Shown here in pieces: positions 9,441 through 19,389 of a DNA stretch of 64,000 nucleotides. The DNA lies in the NCBI GenBank assembly GCA_034670305.1, contig JAXMNT010000003.1, positions 1 through 64,000 on the forward strand. Direction: 5' to 3'. Source of the stretch: Deltaproteobacteria bacterium (GTDB taxonomy: Bacteria > Myxococcota_A > Polyangia > Polyangiales > Houyiibacteriaceae). The first letter of the stretch is position 1; each line of letters begins with the position of its first letter. A program made the position numbers and the translations under genes. The notes beneath the pieces were generated by a model that saw nothing but the letters and a program-made list of their open reading frames with translations, ran no database searches and was not told the DNA's origin.

Positions 9441-10217
9441 ATGTCACCTCGCCTCGCTTCGGTGCTGAACGCTGTCCTGGTGGTGGCAGTCGTCGGCTGG
9501 AACTACTGGACCGCGGCCGTCGGGTTTCGGGGGAACACTGTGGGTGGTCTGAGCGACGTCTACGACACCCTCTTCACGCCCGCTGGCTACGCGTTTTCGA
9601 TCTGGGGGCTGATTTTCCTCGGGCAAATCGGACACGCAGTCCACCAACTCGCGCTCGCGTTCCGCGGAGACCCCGCCGAGCGCGACGCGTTCTTCCGGGA
9701 CATCGGACCATGGCTGCTGATCACGAACGTGCTCAACATCGTGTGGACCGCGGTGTGGCTCAGCGAATGGACTGCCTCGAGTGTGCTCGTCCTGCTCTCC
9801 ATGCACCTCTGCCTCTTCGTCGTGCTGCTTCGTTTGAGAATGCAGGTGTGGGATGCGCCGAGGCGCACCGTGCTGTGGGTCTGGTGGCCGACCGCGCTCT
9901 ACGCAGGCTGGGTCTCCGTCGCACTGCTCGCCAACCTCTCCGCATACCTCTCCAAAGAGGGTTGGGTGCCGGGCGACTCGGTGGCGTGGGCCATTGGGAT
10001 GATCTCGGTGGCGACGCTCTACAACCTGGCCATGGTATGGCGCCGTCATGTGCGCACCCACGCGCTGGTCGCGGTGTGGGCGTTCGCGGCCATCGCGGTC
10101 CGCCAGTGGGACGCGGCGACCACCGTGGCGTTCGCCGCCGTCGGTGCGGCCGTGTTGTTGTTGGCCGCTGTGTCGGCGCACGCGTATCGGAAACGAGGTT
10201 CGACGGCGACCGCGTGA
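9441..10217 (+). CDS. Tryptophan-rich sensory (TspO/MBR-like) membrane protein
   Basis: LFTPAGYAFSIWGLI, YAGWVSVA..AN; multiple TM segments rich in Trp. Confidence 0.75.
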   Translation: MSPRLASVLNAVLVVAVVGWNYWTAAVGFRGNTVGGLSDVYDTLFTPAGYAFSIWGLIFLGQIGHAVHQLALAFRGDPAERDAFFRDIGPWLLITNVLNIVWTAVWLSEWTASSVLVLLSMHLCLFVVLLRLRMQVWDAPRRTVLWVWWPTALYAGWVSVALLANLSAYLSKEGWVPGDSVAWAIGMISVATLYNLAMVWRRHVRTHALVAVWAFAAIAVRQWDAATTVAFAAVGAAVLLLAAVSAHAYRKRGSTATA

Positions 10218-10328
10218 TCGGGTCGACAACGCGTCAGAGCGCCCGCTTTCGTAGCCCGTCGGTTGCTCGCCACCCAGTGCACGATGTCGAACGCGCGCAA
10301 GAACGCGCCGAGCAAGAACGCGCCGAGA

Positions 10329-10571
10329 TCAGCCCTCGAGTTCGAATCGGAAGTCCTCGACCACGGGGTTCGCAAGCAACTGCTGGCACATCGAAGCGAG
10401 TTCTTCCCGCGCCCCGGCCTCGTCGGTCGCCGCGAGTTCGATCTCGATGAACTTGCCGACCCGGACCCGCTCGATGCCACCGAACCCGCGCTCTCCAAGC
10501 GCGCGCCGCACCGCGTCGCCCTGAGGGTCGAGCACTTCCCGTTTGAGGGTCACGTACACGTTGGCTTTCAT
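10329..10571 (-). CDS. purS: FGAM synthase subunit PurS
   Basis: MKANVYVTLKREVLDPQG...VRVGKFIEI...LLANPVVEDF. Confidence 0.95.
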   Translation of the reverse strand: MKANVYVTLKREVLDPQGDAVRRALGERGFGGIERVRVGKFIEIELAATDEAGAREELASMCQQLLANPVVEDFRFELEG

Positions 10572-10587
10572 GATCGGGTCCTTCGTC

Positions 10588-11562
10588 TCAGCCGAGGCCG
10601 AGGTTCTTGCGGATGCGGGCGTTCGGCGGTTCGAGGTTCGGCTCGAAGGGTTCGCCACGGATCACGTCGCACGCTTCGATGTAGCGGCGGGACGCTTCGA
10701 CCCGGACGTCGTCGGGAATGTCCGGGATGGGACCGTCGCCGGTGTAGCCGACTTCCTTCAGCCAACGCCGCAGGTACTCCTTGTCGAACGACTCGGGATC
10801 CTGCTCGTTCGCCATGCGCTCTTCGTAGGTGTTCGCATACCAGTAGCGGGAGCTGTCCGGCGTGTGGATCTCGTCGATCACCATCAGCCGGCCATCCTTC
10901 GAACGACCGATCTCGTACTTGGTGTCGACCAAGATGAGCCCCTGCGCCGCGCAGACCTTCTGGCCATGGGCGAAGAGCGACTGGGCCATCTCTGCCGCGG
11001 CGTCGAAATCCTTCTCCGTCATCCGGCCCATCGCGAGGATCTCGGCACGGCTGGCGCTGACGTCGTGGTCTCCGCGCTCGGCTTTCGTGCTGGGCGTGAG
11101 CAACGGGGTCTCGAGCTTCTGGTGCTTGCGCAAACCGTCCGGCAGCTTGTGTCCGCAGAACTCGCGCGAGCCGGCCGCGTAGTGCGTCCACATGCTCGTG
11201 GAGGTCACACCGGTGATGTAGGCGCGCATGATGAGTTCGACCGGAAGCGGCTCGCACTCGTGGGCCACGAGCACGTTGGGATCCGGCAGGTCGATCATGT
11301 GGTTGGGCGCGATCGATTCGGTCTCCTTGAACCACCACCCAGCGAGTTGGTTGAGCACCTGCCCCTTGAAGGGCAACGTGCCGAGCACGCGGTCGAACGC
11401 GCTCACCCGATCGCTCACGATCAGGGTGCGTCTGCCGTCCTTCGTGTAGTTGTCGCGGACCTTGCCTTCGTACTTGTCGCCAAGTTCGGGCAGGTCGGTG
11501 GCGTCGAGGGTCAGCGCGAGTCCCTCACGGAGCGTGGCGTCGGATACGGAGGCCTTGGTCAT
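10588..11562 (-). CDS. purC: SAICAR synthase
   Basis: YEGKVRD, SDRVSAFD, TPSTKA, LVDTKYEIG, DEIHTPDSSRYW, DKEYLR. Confidence 0.95.
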   Translation of the reverse strand: MTKASVSDATLREGLALTLDATDLPELGDKYEGKVRDNYTKDGRRTLIVSDRVSAFDRVLGTLPFKGQVLNQLAGWWFKETESIAPNHMIDLPDPNVLVAHECEPLPVELIMRAYITGVTSTSMWTHYAAGSREFCGHKLPDGLRKHQKLETPLLTPSTKAERGDHDVSASRAEILAMGRMTEKDFDAAAEMAQSLFAHGQKVCAAQGLILVDTKYEIGRSKDGRLMVIDEIHTPDSSRYWYANTYEERMANEQDPESFDKEYLRRWLKEVGYTGDGPIPDIPDDVRVEASRRYIEACDVIRGEPFEPNLEPPNARIRKNLGLG

Positions 11563-11693
11563 GGTGCTGCCGTTGTCCACGGATGCCCCCTTGCGGTCAA
11601 GCGGGTTCGCGGACTTGTTCACCGACTTGTTGCAGACCGAGCCCAACCGGGTGGCCCAGACAACCGTTGCCCCCGGGCCCAGTACGCATGACC

Positions 11694-12995
11694 TCAGGGC
11701 GCGGCGAGGACTCGGTCGATCACCGTGTCGGTGTGGGTGAACGCGTGCTCCAGGTCGAAACACGCGTCGATCGCCGCTGCCTCGAGCCGGCCCGAGATGT
11801 CTTCGTCTGCGTGCAGGAGCGCGCGAAAATCCCCTTCGCCCGCGAACGCCTTCATCGCGTTGCGCTGCACGAGCACGTAGGCGTCCTGTCGCCCCATGCC
11901 GGTGCCGACCAGGGCGAGCAGGAGGCCTTCGCTTGCCCACAATCCGCCGCTGCGATCGAGGTTTTTGCGCAACCCCTCCGGGTAGACGACCAGATCGCGA
12001 ATGACCGACGTGCAGCGGTCCAGCATGAACGCGACCGTCGCGGTGACGTCTGGGAGGATCATGCGCTCGACCGACGAATGGCTGATGTCCCGCTCATGCC
12101 AGAGCGAGATGTTCTCGAGCCCTGGCACCACTGCAGCGCGCACGATCCGGGCGAGCCCACAGAGATTCTCGGTGAGCACGGGGTTTCGTTTGTGCGGCAT
12201 GGCGCTCGACCCCTTCTGCCCGCGCTTGAAGTGCTCCTCCGCTTCGCTGACCTCGGTGCGCTGCCAGTGCCGAACATTCGTCGCGAAACGTTCGATGGCC
12301 GCGGCGACGAGGGCGGACGCGTTCAAGAACGCCGCATGTCGGTCGCGTGCGACGATTTGCGTCGCGGCGGTCTCGGGCTGGAGCCCGAGCGCGCCGAGTG
12401 CCTCCGCTTCGATGGCCGGCGTCAGGTGCGCGTAGGTACCGACGGCACCGGCGATCTTGCCGACCGCGATCTCCTTGGAGGCGGCGGCGAACCGGCTTCG
12501 GGCCCGCTTCAGTTCCGCGAGGTGTCCCGCGAGCACCATGCCGAACGTCACCGGCTCCGCATGGATGCCGTGGCTGCGACCGATCGCCGGGGTCCGGCGG
12601 TGTTCCTCGACCCGGACTGCGAACGCCTCGATGATCGCGTCGAGGCGCGTTTGAATGGCGGTCGCCGCCTCCACCAGGAGCAGCGCCATCGAGGAGTCCA
12701 GCACGTCGGAGCTCGTCATGCCTCGGTGGAGCCAGCGGGCAGGCTCTCCGGCGAGCTTCTCGACGTGGGTCAGGAACGCGATGACGTCGTGCCGGGTCAC
12801 CCGTTCGATCTCGAGAACCGCCTCGGGGTCGAGTTGGTCGCGAAAGGGCCGAACCTTCTCGGCGGTGCCTTCCGGTACCAGCCCCGCGTGCTCCATGGCC
12901 TCGCAGGCGGCGACTTCGACGTCGAACCAGGCTTCCAGGCGGCGGCGATCGCTCCAAAGGTCGAGGAAATCGGCGGGGGTGTAGCGCGGAATCAT
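11694..12995 (-). CDS. purB: Adenylosuccinate lyase
   Basis: [52 protein letters not shown]. Confidence 0.97.
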   Translation of the reverse strand: MIPRYTPADFLDLWSDRRRLEAWFDVEVAACEAMEHAGLVPEGTAEKVRPFRDQLDPEAVLEIERVTRHDVIAFLTHVEKLAGEPARWLHRGMTSSDVLDSSMALLLVEAATAIQTRLDAIIEAFAVRVEEHRRTPAIGRSHGIHAEPVTFGMVLAGHLAELKRARSRFAAASKEIAVGKIAGAVGTYAHLTPAIEAEALGALGLQPETAATQIVARDRHAAFLNASALVAAAIERFATNVRHWQRTEVSEAEEHFKRGQKGSSAMPHKRNPVLTENLCGLARIVRAAVVPGLENISLWHERDISHSSVERMILPDVTATVAFMLDRCTSVIRDLVVYPEGLRKNLDRSGGLWASEGLLLALVGTGMGRQDAYVLVQRNAMKAFAGEGDFRALLHADEDISGRLEAAAIDACFDLEHAFTHTDTVIDRVLAAP

Positions 12996-13152
12996 GGGCG
13001 GCCGTCTACCGTCCTTCCCTCCCGCGGGCAACCGCTGGGCCGCGGGGGCCCAGGCCAGGGACGGCAGCAACGAAGGGCAGGAGGGCAAATTTACTTGTCG
13101 CGGGGGGCCGTGGTAGGGTGTGGGTGGGTTGGACCAGAAGCTGAGGTGCAAG

Positions 13153-13659
13153 ATGCGTGTGATGGCCAGTGTGATGTGCGCGATGGCGCTCGTGGGCTGC
13201 GCAAACGTGGGTCCGGGAACGAGCGAAGGGCTGACCGATGCGGTCGTTCTTGGTGACTCGAGCGAGGTGTTCTACCTGAACCTCGACATTTCCGGGTACC
13301 CGCTGACCGCCGAACAGATCGGTGATGTGAACGACGGAATCGCGGTCGTGCTCGAAGAGCGGGACGAGTTCCTCGTCGCTTGGCTCGCCGACGCCGTGGC
13401 CCATGATTCCGCTGCGGTGATGGGCGTCTGGCGCATCGACGAAGTCACGCCGATCGCGGACGACACCCGTCCGGACGACACCGGCATCTTGGTCGTGTCG
13501 CCGCCGAACCTCCCTGCGTTGGGATTCGAAAGCCCGTACAACGACAACGGTGTGCGCGACAACGTGGAGATGCCCCGGACCCTGCAGCTCGACATCTACG
13601 ACGAGTTCCTGCGTGAGTTCCTCGGACGGATCCCGCGCCACGCCGAGTGCATCGAATAG
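13153..13659 (+). CDS. Hypothetical lipoprotein
   Basis: Lipobox LVGC, acidic soluble domain, followed by a terminator. Confidence 0.65.
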   Translation: MRVMASVMCAMALVGCANVGPGTSEGLTDAVVLGDSSEVFYLNLDISGYPLTAEQIGDVNDGIAVVLEERDEFLVAWLADAVAHDSAAVMGVWRIDEVTPIADDTRPDDTGILVVSPPNLPALGFESPYNDNGVRDNVEMPRTLQLDIYDEFLREFLGRIPRHAECIE

Positions 13660-13677
13660 TTCGACGCTCGTGACGAC

Positions 13678-13713
13678 ACAAGGCCCGCTCTTCGGAGTGG
13701 GCTTTGTTCGTTT
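13678..13713 (+). terminator. Rho-independent terminator
   Basis: ACAAGGCCCGCTC-TTCG-GAGTGGGCTTTGT then TCGTTT; cUUCGg loop. Confidence 0.75.
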
Positions 13714-13737
13714 AACGGACGTCGGTATGCTGCGTCT

Positions 13738-14451
13738 GTGTTCCAGACGACGGTTCGCCAAGAAGTGCACGTCGTGCGGGAGGTGCTGGAAGGCGCCGTC
13801 GCGCCCGAGCTCGCTACGCAGATCATGTTCGAGGCGCTGGACGTCCTCGGCCGCGTGCCGTCGAGCAGCGAAGAGGTGATGGCGTTCTGCCGCGGACCGC
13901 TGCGCGCCGGCGTCGCTTCGCGGCTCGGCGACGACATCGCGGCGATCATCCTAGAGCGCCTCGAGCAGGTGCTCACCACCGGCGACCGCACCGGCACGGA
14001 CATCCCCATCGACATCGACTTCGACGATGCCGAGCCGTCGGTCACCGCGGTGATGACGACCGTCTGGCGACAGCCGGTCTCGGTGCTCGTCCTCGCGAGC
14101 ACGAAGGACTTCTCGGAACGCCTGTTTGCCGCGCTCGGTGCAACCCGCGTGACCGTTCGAACGGTCGCGACCGAAGCGGAGATCCAGAAGGCGATCTTCA
14201 GCGCAGCGCCGCTGCTGGTGTTGGTCGACGCCACGGCCCCTCCGAACCTGCCGCGCGGCGTCATCGCGACGAGTTTTCGCGCCTTGCCCGACAGCGCGCT
14301 CCCGGTGGTCTGGGGGCGGGAGACCGAGTACGGCGAAGGGCTGGCAGTGGCACTCGAGGCCGCGGGCATCGGTACCTCGAACTCGCTGCGCTTCTCGGAC
14401 GGCATGGGCCCCCTGCTCGATCTCATCCTCTCGCGCTACCAAGAAGACTGA
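13738..14451 (+). CDS. Hypothetical protein (C-terminal part may be a degenerate receiver-like fold)
   Basis: Normal composition and codon use; stop overlaps the next start (TGATG). Confidence 0.65.
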   Translation: MFQTTVRQEVHVVREVLEGAVAPELATQIMFEALDVLGRVPSSSEEVMAFCRGPLRAGVASRLGDDIAAIILERLEQVLTTGDRTGTDIPIDIDFDDAEPSVTAVMTTVWRQPVSVLVLASTKDFSERLFAALGATRVTVRTVATEAEIQKAIFSAAPLLVLVDATAPPNLPRGVIATSFRALPDSALPVVWGRETEYGEGLAVALEAAGIGTSNSLRFSDGMGPLLDLILSRYQED

Positions 14452-15278
14452 TGGGCCAAGAACGCGCAGGCGCCCCGACACTCGGGGGCGCGCAGCTGTG
14501 GGCGGACCGGCGGTGGCGGAATGGTTGGCGGGTGCAGACCAACGTGCTGCTGGGCCGCCACCGGTTGCTGGACCCCGACGATCGTCGGGTGCTCGCCGGC
14601 ACACTCGAGGCGTGCATCGAACGACTTCCCGAAGGGCCGTGCCCGGAGGAGCTCGTGGTGGTGCTCCATGGGCTCGGTCGATCGCGCAAGAGCATGCGTT
14701 CGGTGGAACCGGTGCTGCGCGAAGCCGGCTTTGGAGTCGCGCGGCTGGACTACCCGAGCACTCGGCTGCGGCTGGAAGCCCACGTCGCCACCCTGGTCGA
14801 GCTGATGTCGGACTTGCCCGGGACCCAGCGGATGCACTTCGTCACGCACTCGCTCGGCGGCATCTTGGCGCGTCGCACCCTCGCCAGCGAAGACTGGCCG
14901 GGCGCGATCGAACGGGGCCGGCTCGTCATGTTTGCCCCCCCGAGCCAAGGCGCCTCGCTCGCACGGGCGCTCGACGCGAAGCTCGGCGGTCTCTTCGAAG
15001 CGGTGATGGGGCCGAGCGGTCGCCAGATCGCCGGAGACGATGTGGCGCCCCTGCCAGCCGTGCCGTTCTTGGTCGTCGCCGGAAGCACCCGCAACGGTCG
15101 CGGCACCAACCCGCTCATCCCTGGCGACGACGACGGCATCGTCGGGGTCGAAGAGACCCGTCTGCCGGGCATGGCACACCACGTGGTCGTCGACTCGATC
15201 CACACCCTCGTGATGAACCATCCGCAGGCCCACGAAGCGATGCGTACCTTCCTACTCGAGGATCGCGCTGCGAGATGA
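14451..15278 (+). CDS. Alpha/beta hydrolase (lipase/esterase-like)
   Basis: VVLHGLGRS, nucleophile elbow THSLGG, PPSQG, DDGIV, C-terminal HT. Confidence 0.85.
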   Translation: MGQERAGAPTLGGAQLWADRRWRNGWRVQTNVLLGRHRLLDPDDRRVLAGTLEACIERLPEGPCPEELVVVLHGLGRSRKSMRSVEPVLREAGFGVARLDYPSTRLRLEAHVATLVELMSDLPGTQRMHFVTHSLGGILARRTLASEDWPGAIERGRLVMFAPPSQGASLARALDAKLGGLFEAVMGPSGRQIAGDDVAPLPAVPFLVVAGSTRNGRGTNPLIPGDDDGIVGVEETRLPGMAHHVVVDSIHTLVMNHPQAHEAMRTFLLEDRAAR

Positions 15279-15324
15279 GCGCGCGGCGCTTGACCAGGCC
15301 CGCCCCCGCGGCCACAGGAGGCTC

Positions 15325-15666
15325 GTGAAGGGTGAGTTCGAGTTCGGGGACGCGTCGACGGATGCCGAGGGCACCAGCCTGCCGGTGACGGTGCCGGTGG
15401 ATCTGAAGTACTTCGAGGGCCACTTTCCGGGCAACCCGCTGGTGCCGGGGGTGGCGCAGATCGTCGCCCTCGTCGAAGCCGGCGCCCGCCGGGTGTGGCC
15501 GGAGCTCGGCTTCTCGATCGGCATGCGCCGGGTGAAGTTCACCCACGCGCTTCGGGGCGGAGACGCACTGGTGCTGCGGCTCACCCGCGAGGACGGCAAA
15601 GTGCGGTTCGCGCTCACCAAGGGCGACATCCCCTGCTCCAAAGGCGCCCTGCTCTTCCGCACCTGA
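15325..15666 (+). CDS. FabA/FabZ-like hotdog dehydratase (ApeI-like)
   Basis: YFEGHFPGNPLVPGVAQI, VKF, CSKG. Confidence 0.8.
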   Translation: MKGEFEFGDASTDAEGTSLPVTVPVDLKYFEGHFPGNPLVPGVAQIVALVEAGARRVWPELGFSIGMRRVKFTHALRGGDALVLRLTREDGKVRFALTKGDIPCSKGALLFRT

Positions 15667-15710
15667 CGCGGCCGGTTGCCGAACCTGAACGGGCGCGCAA
15701 CAACGTCCCC

Positions 15711-16328
15711 ATGCTTCGACCGGCCGCGCTCGCACTCTCCTCGTTTCTGATCGCGTGCGGACCGCCCACTGGATCGGTTGGCGAGGTGCCGGAGGGCGTC
15801 GGGTACCCGACCGTGATGCGGCCGCCGTCCGAGCTCGGCCCGGACTTTGTGATGGAGCAAGAGGTGACGATGGTGCACCCCAACGGAGAACACTCCTTTC
15901 GCGCCGTCCTCCAGAAGCGCGGCGGCGAACTGCTCTTGCTCGGCCTCGCAGGACACGGCGGACGGGCGTTCTCGTTGAAGCAGACCGCCGAGGGCGTGGA
16001 GTTCGAGCGCTTCATCCCCATCGAGTTTCCCTTCCCCCCCGAGTACATCCTGCACGACGTGCACCGCACCTGGTTCGTGAACGCGCCGCCCGGCGAGACG
16101 GAGCGAGACGGCGAACGGGTCGTGAGCACCGTGGGTGCGGGTGGACTCGTCGAGCGCACCTTCGAACGCCTCGATGGCGCACCGGCCGGCGTGTTGACGG
16201 TGCGCTACGAAGGCGGCCTCGCAGACGGCGCGCCTCAGACCGCGCAGCCGCCCGACGAAGTCGTCGTCGACAACGCCTGGTTCGGCTACCGAGCCACCGT
16301 ACGAACTCTGAGCTGGCAGGCGCTGTAG
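15711..16328 (+). CDS. DUF3261-like lipoprotein (ApeN-like)
   Basis: Lipobox LIAC; Q.V....SFRAVLQ...L.L.GL...[18 protein letters not shown]...VRT; context with KS/ACP/DH genes. Confidence 0.65.
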   Translation: MLRPAALALSSFLIACGPPTGSVGEVPEGVGYPTVMRPPSELGPDFVMEQEVTMVHPNGEHSFRAVLQKRGGELLLLGLAGHGGRAFSLKQTAEGVEFERFIPIEFPFPPEYILHDVHRTWFVNAPPGETERDGERVVSTVGAGGLVERTFERLDGAPAGVLTVRYEGGLADGAPQTAQPPDEVVVDNAWFGYRATVRTLSWQAL

Positions 16329-16334
16329 AAGGCT

Positions 16335-16560
16335 GCGGCAGCGGCAGCGGAAGCGGAAGCGGAAGCGGAAGCCGACGCCGATGCCGACGCCGACGCCGAA
16401 GCGGAAGCCGAAGCCGAAGCCGACGCCGACGCCGAAGCGGAAGCCGAAGCCGACGCCGACGCCGACGCCGAAGCGGAAGCCGACGCCGAAGCCGATGCCG
16501 ACGCCGACGCCGAAGCCCGAACCCGAACCCAAGCCCGAAGCCGAAGCCGAAGCCGAAAGC
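16335..16560. repeat. Hexamer tract C, GCGGAA/GCCGAA/GCCGAC
   Basis: About 37 degenerate hexamer units starting shortly after the stop at 16328. Confidence 0.95.
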
Positions 16561-16640
16561 TGAGGCGGTGTCGCAGCGTTGACCCCGGGCGTGCTTCGCG
16601 TGCTTGACGGAGTCGTCGCCCCGCGCGTACACCGCGGCGC

Positions 16641-17270
16641 ATGCATTCCTCGCTTCGTGTGGCCGCCGTTCTCCTACTCTCCTTCTCCCTCGCGTGCGGG
16701 GACGACGATGCGGGGGTGGTGGATTCAGGGACGCGCGCGGATGCACCGGTCGCGCAGGACACCGGCATGGCGGTGGACGCGCCGGCGATGGAAGACGCAG
16801 GCACCGATGCGGGCGGCGGCGAAGACGCGCCCGCGATGGTCGACGCCGGACCGGTGACATGTTTCCCGCTCTCGGGACCGTCTGCGGATCTGCCCGATGC
16901 GATTCCCTCGAGCTTCACCGCGGCCTCGCCCACGTGGATGCGGCCGACCGGCGAAGAGTGTCCGGCCACCATGTTGGGCGACGTGGCGGTCCCGTTCGAC
17001 ACCGTTTGCTACGAGAACGACACCGGGGCCGACATCGATGTGCTGTTCGAGATGTTGGTGGGCGAAGAGGATCTGCGGCCGGCGGTCGTGATCTACGACG
17101 GGACCGCAATTCCGAGCGACGCGATGGGCTGCGCGGCGGTCAGCTCCGACTTGGTCATCGACGCCGCCGAAGCGTTCTACACAGTGCCGGATGGCGCCAT
17201 GATCACGTTCGTGGCGACGGTACAGGAACCGGGCACCGGCGACTTCCAGTTCGTGATCACCCCCGAGTAG
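16641..17270 (+). CDS. Hypothetical lipoprotein with DAG linker
   Basis: Lipobox SLAC-GDDD, DAG-rich linker, Cys-containing beta domain. Confidence 0.75.
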   Translation: MHSSLRVAAVLLLSFSLACGDDDAGVVDSGTRADAPVAQDTGMAVDAPAMEDAGTDAGGGEDAPAMVDAGPVTCFPLSGPSADLPDAIPSSFTAASPTWMRPTGEECPATMLGDVAVPFDTVCYENDTGADIDVLFEMLVGEEDLRPAVVIYDGTAIPSDAMGCAAVSSDLVIDAAEAFYTVPDGAMITFVATVQEPGTGDFQFVITPE

Positions 17271-17302
17271 CCCCTTCGGCGGCCCACTCAGAGGAGGCCC
17301 GC

Positions 17303-18148
17303 TCAGCCTTTGGCGGGGACGGCGTCTTCGGCGAGCGCCTTGGCGCGCTCGCGCTCTTCGAGCCACAGATTGAAGCGGCGTTTGTAGTCGTCCTGCACAT
17401 CGCGGCGAAGCTGCTCGGCATCGCGAGGGTCGGTGGCCGTGTCGATCACATCGAGGATCTCGAACTGCCACTGCGCCCGGTCTTCCGGCACGTGCCAGAT
17501 CGGCGCGCCCTTCATCAAGATGGGCCGGTCCACACGGATGAACACCCGGACGAGCGGCACCCCGCACGCCTTGGCGATGTGGAAGGGACCGCGACGAAGT
17601 CGGTTCAGCCGATCCGCTTTCGAGCGGGTCCCTTCAGGGAACATCATCAACGGGTTGCCAGCTTTCACGTGCGCGATCATGCGCTCGAGTGCGGGGCTCT
17701 CCCCACCACGCTGGGACTCTTCGGGACTCGGCCCGCCGACGTAGTCGGTGCTTCGAAGGACCAGCCCGAAGGAGAAGTTCCTGTACCACGCGTTCTTCAC
17801 CACGCAGGTCAGGCGCGGGAACCAATGCAGCAGGAAGAGCACGTCGATGAGCGTCGGGTGGTTGGCGATCATGACGTAGGGTTTGCCGCGCAACGCCTCT
17901 GGCGGCTCGAGCCGGTTGTGCGTGAGCAAGCCCATGCTGCGCATGAAGAAGATGAAGGTGCCGTACCCCACGCCGACGAACCGGGTGCACCAGCGTCGAT
18001 GACGCGCGCGGTCCCCAATCGCCAAGAGGAAGATGAACGGGAACAGCAGCACCGCGATCAAGATCGATCCACCGAAGAACACGCCGAAGGCGATCGCGGT
18101 GAAAAGAATTCGAAGAGGGCGAGGCAAAGGAAGCGGTCCGGCGATCAG
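17303..18148 (-). CDS. Lysophospholipid (PlsC-type) acyltransferase, ApeD-like
   Basis: IANHPTLID (HX4D), FPEGTRS, N-terminal TM; start uncertain (CTG18148 or TTG18127). Confidence 0.85.
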   Translation of the reverse strand: MIAGPLPLPRPLRILFTAIAFGVFFGGSILIAVLLFPFIFLLAIGDRARHRRWCTRFVGVGYGTFIFFMRSMGLLTHNRLEPPEALRGKPYVMIANHPTLIDVLFLLHWFPRLTCVVKNAWYRNFSFGLVLRSTDYVGGPSPEESQRGGESPALERMIAHVKAGNPLMMFPEGTRSKADRLNRLRRGPFHIAKACGVPLVRVFIRVDRPILMKGAPIWHVPEDRAQWQFEILDVIDTATDPRDAEQLRRDVQDDYKRRFNLWLEERERAKALAEDAVPAKG

Positions 18149-19389
18149 GTGGGCACGGGACCGAGCACCATCGAGGTGTTGATCCCGCCAAACGCGAAGT
18201 TGTTGTTCAGAATGTACCGGGGCGCACCTTCGCGCACGCCGCGCACGTAATCCATCGGCGCACAGTTGGGATCGACGTCGACCAGGTTCCGGCCACCGAC
18301 CATGAACTGGTCGCGCATCATCGCGACGCACCACGCGGCTTCGATCGCACCGCATGCGCCGAGCGTGTGTCCAACGAACCCCTTGAGCGAAGCGACGGGG
18401 ATCTCAGAACCGAAGAGCGACGCGGTGGCGTGGCTCTCGGCGACGTCGCCGATGGTGGTGCCGGTGCCGTGCGCACAGACGTAGTCGATGCGGGAGGGTT
18501 CGAGCCGCGCGTCTTCGAGCGCCAACTCCATCACCCGCTTCATGCCTTCTTGGCGCGGCGACGTGAGGTGGGCGCCATCGCAGTTGCTGGCGTAGCCGAC
18601 GAGCTCGGCGAGGATCACCGCGCCGCGGGCGCGGGCGTGATCGAGCGACTCGAGCACGAGCGCGCCGCCGCCTTCCCCGATCACGAGCCCGTCGCGGGCC
18701 GCGTCGAAGGGCCGCGGGCTCTCGTCCGGCGTGTCGTTGAACTTGTGCGAGGTCGCCATGAGCAGGTCGAAGGTGACCGCGTTCATGTAGTGCATCTCTT
18801 CGGCGCCGCCGCAGAGCATGATGTCTTGCACGCCGGCGCGGATCAGTTCGTAGCCGGTGCCGATCCCTTGCGATGCGCTGGTGCACGCGGTGCAGGTGCT
18901 GGCGATTCGGCCGCGCACTCCAAAGAACTGCGACACGTTCACCGCGCAGGTGTGCGTCATCAGCCGGAAGAACGCGTTCGATTGCAGTCCGCGCATCTCG
19001 TGCGGCGGCGACACGAGCGGCTTGCTGAACGCCTCCGTCTCGCTGCCCGACCCGGTGGTGGATCCAAACGCGACGCCGCATCGTTCCGACGTCAGCGACG
19101 CTTCCGTCAGGCCCGACTGCTGCACCGCTTCGTCGGCCGCGTGCACCGCGAGCATGCCAACCCGGCCCATCGTGCGGCGCTTCTTCCGCGGGTACGCGTC
19201 CTTGAGATCGAGGCCTTCGACCGTGGCGCCGAGACGCCCTTGGAGATCAGGCAGGAAGTCCCATTCCGGCATCTTCCGGATGCCATGGCGACCGGCGCGC
19301 AGCGACGCCACCGAGCTCGGCACGTCGTGGCCGATGGGCGTGGTCGCACCGATGCCCGTGACGACGACCCGGCGGTCGCGGTCGATCAC
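18145..19389 (-). CDS. Beta-ketoacyl-ACP synthase (FabF/ApeR-like)
   Basis: RRVVVTGIG, RKKRRTMGRV, MTHTCAVN, TACTSAS (Cys), HGTGT, GHTLGACG, NNFAFGG. Confidence 0.92.
   Translation of the reverse strand: MIDRDRRVVVTGIGATTPIGHDVPSSVASLRAGRHGIRKMPEWDFLPDLQGRLGATVEGLDLKDAYPRKKRRTMGRVGMLAVHAADEAVQQSGLTEASLTSERCGVAFGSTTGSGSETEAFSKPLVSPPHEMRGLQSNAFFRLMTHTCAVNVSQFFGVRGRIASTCTACTSASQGIGTGYELIRAGVQDIMLCGGAEEMHYMNAVTFDLLMATSHKFNDTPDESPRPFDAARDGLVIGEGGGALVLESLDHARARGAVILAELVGYASNCDGAHLTSPRQEGMKRVMELALEDARLEPSRIDYVCAHGTGTTIGDVAESHATASLFGSEIPVASLKGFVGHTLGACGAIEAAWCVAMMRDQFMVGGRNLVDVDPNCAPMDYVRGVREGAPRYILNNNFAFGGINTSMVLGPVPT

Noticed and set aside
11563-11693. Purine/ZMP riboswitch or operator before purC (GACTTGTT twice, 12-bp period)
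   Set aside because: No recognisable riboswitch core, and the direct repeat is too short to support a call
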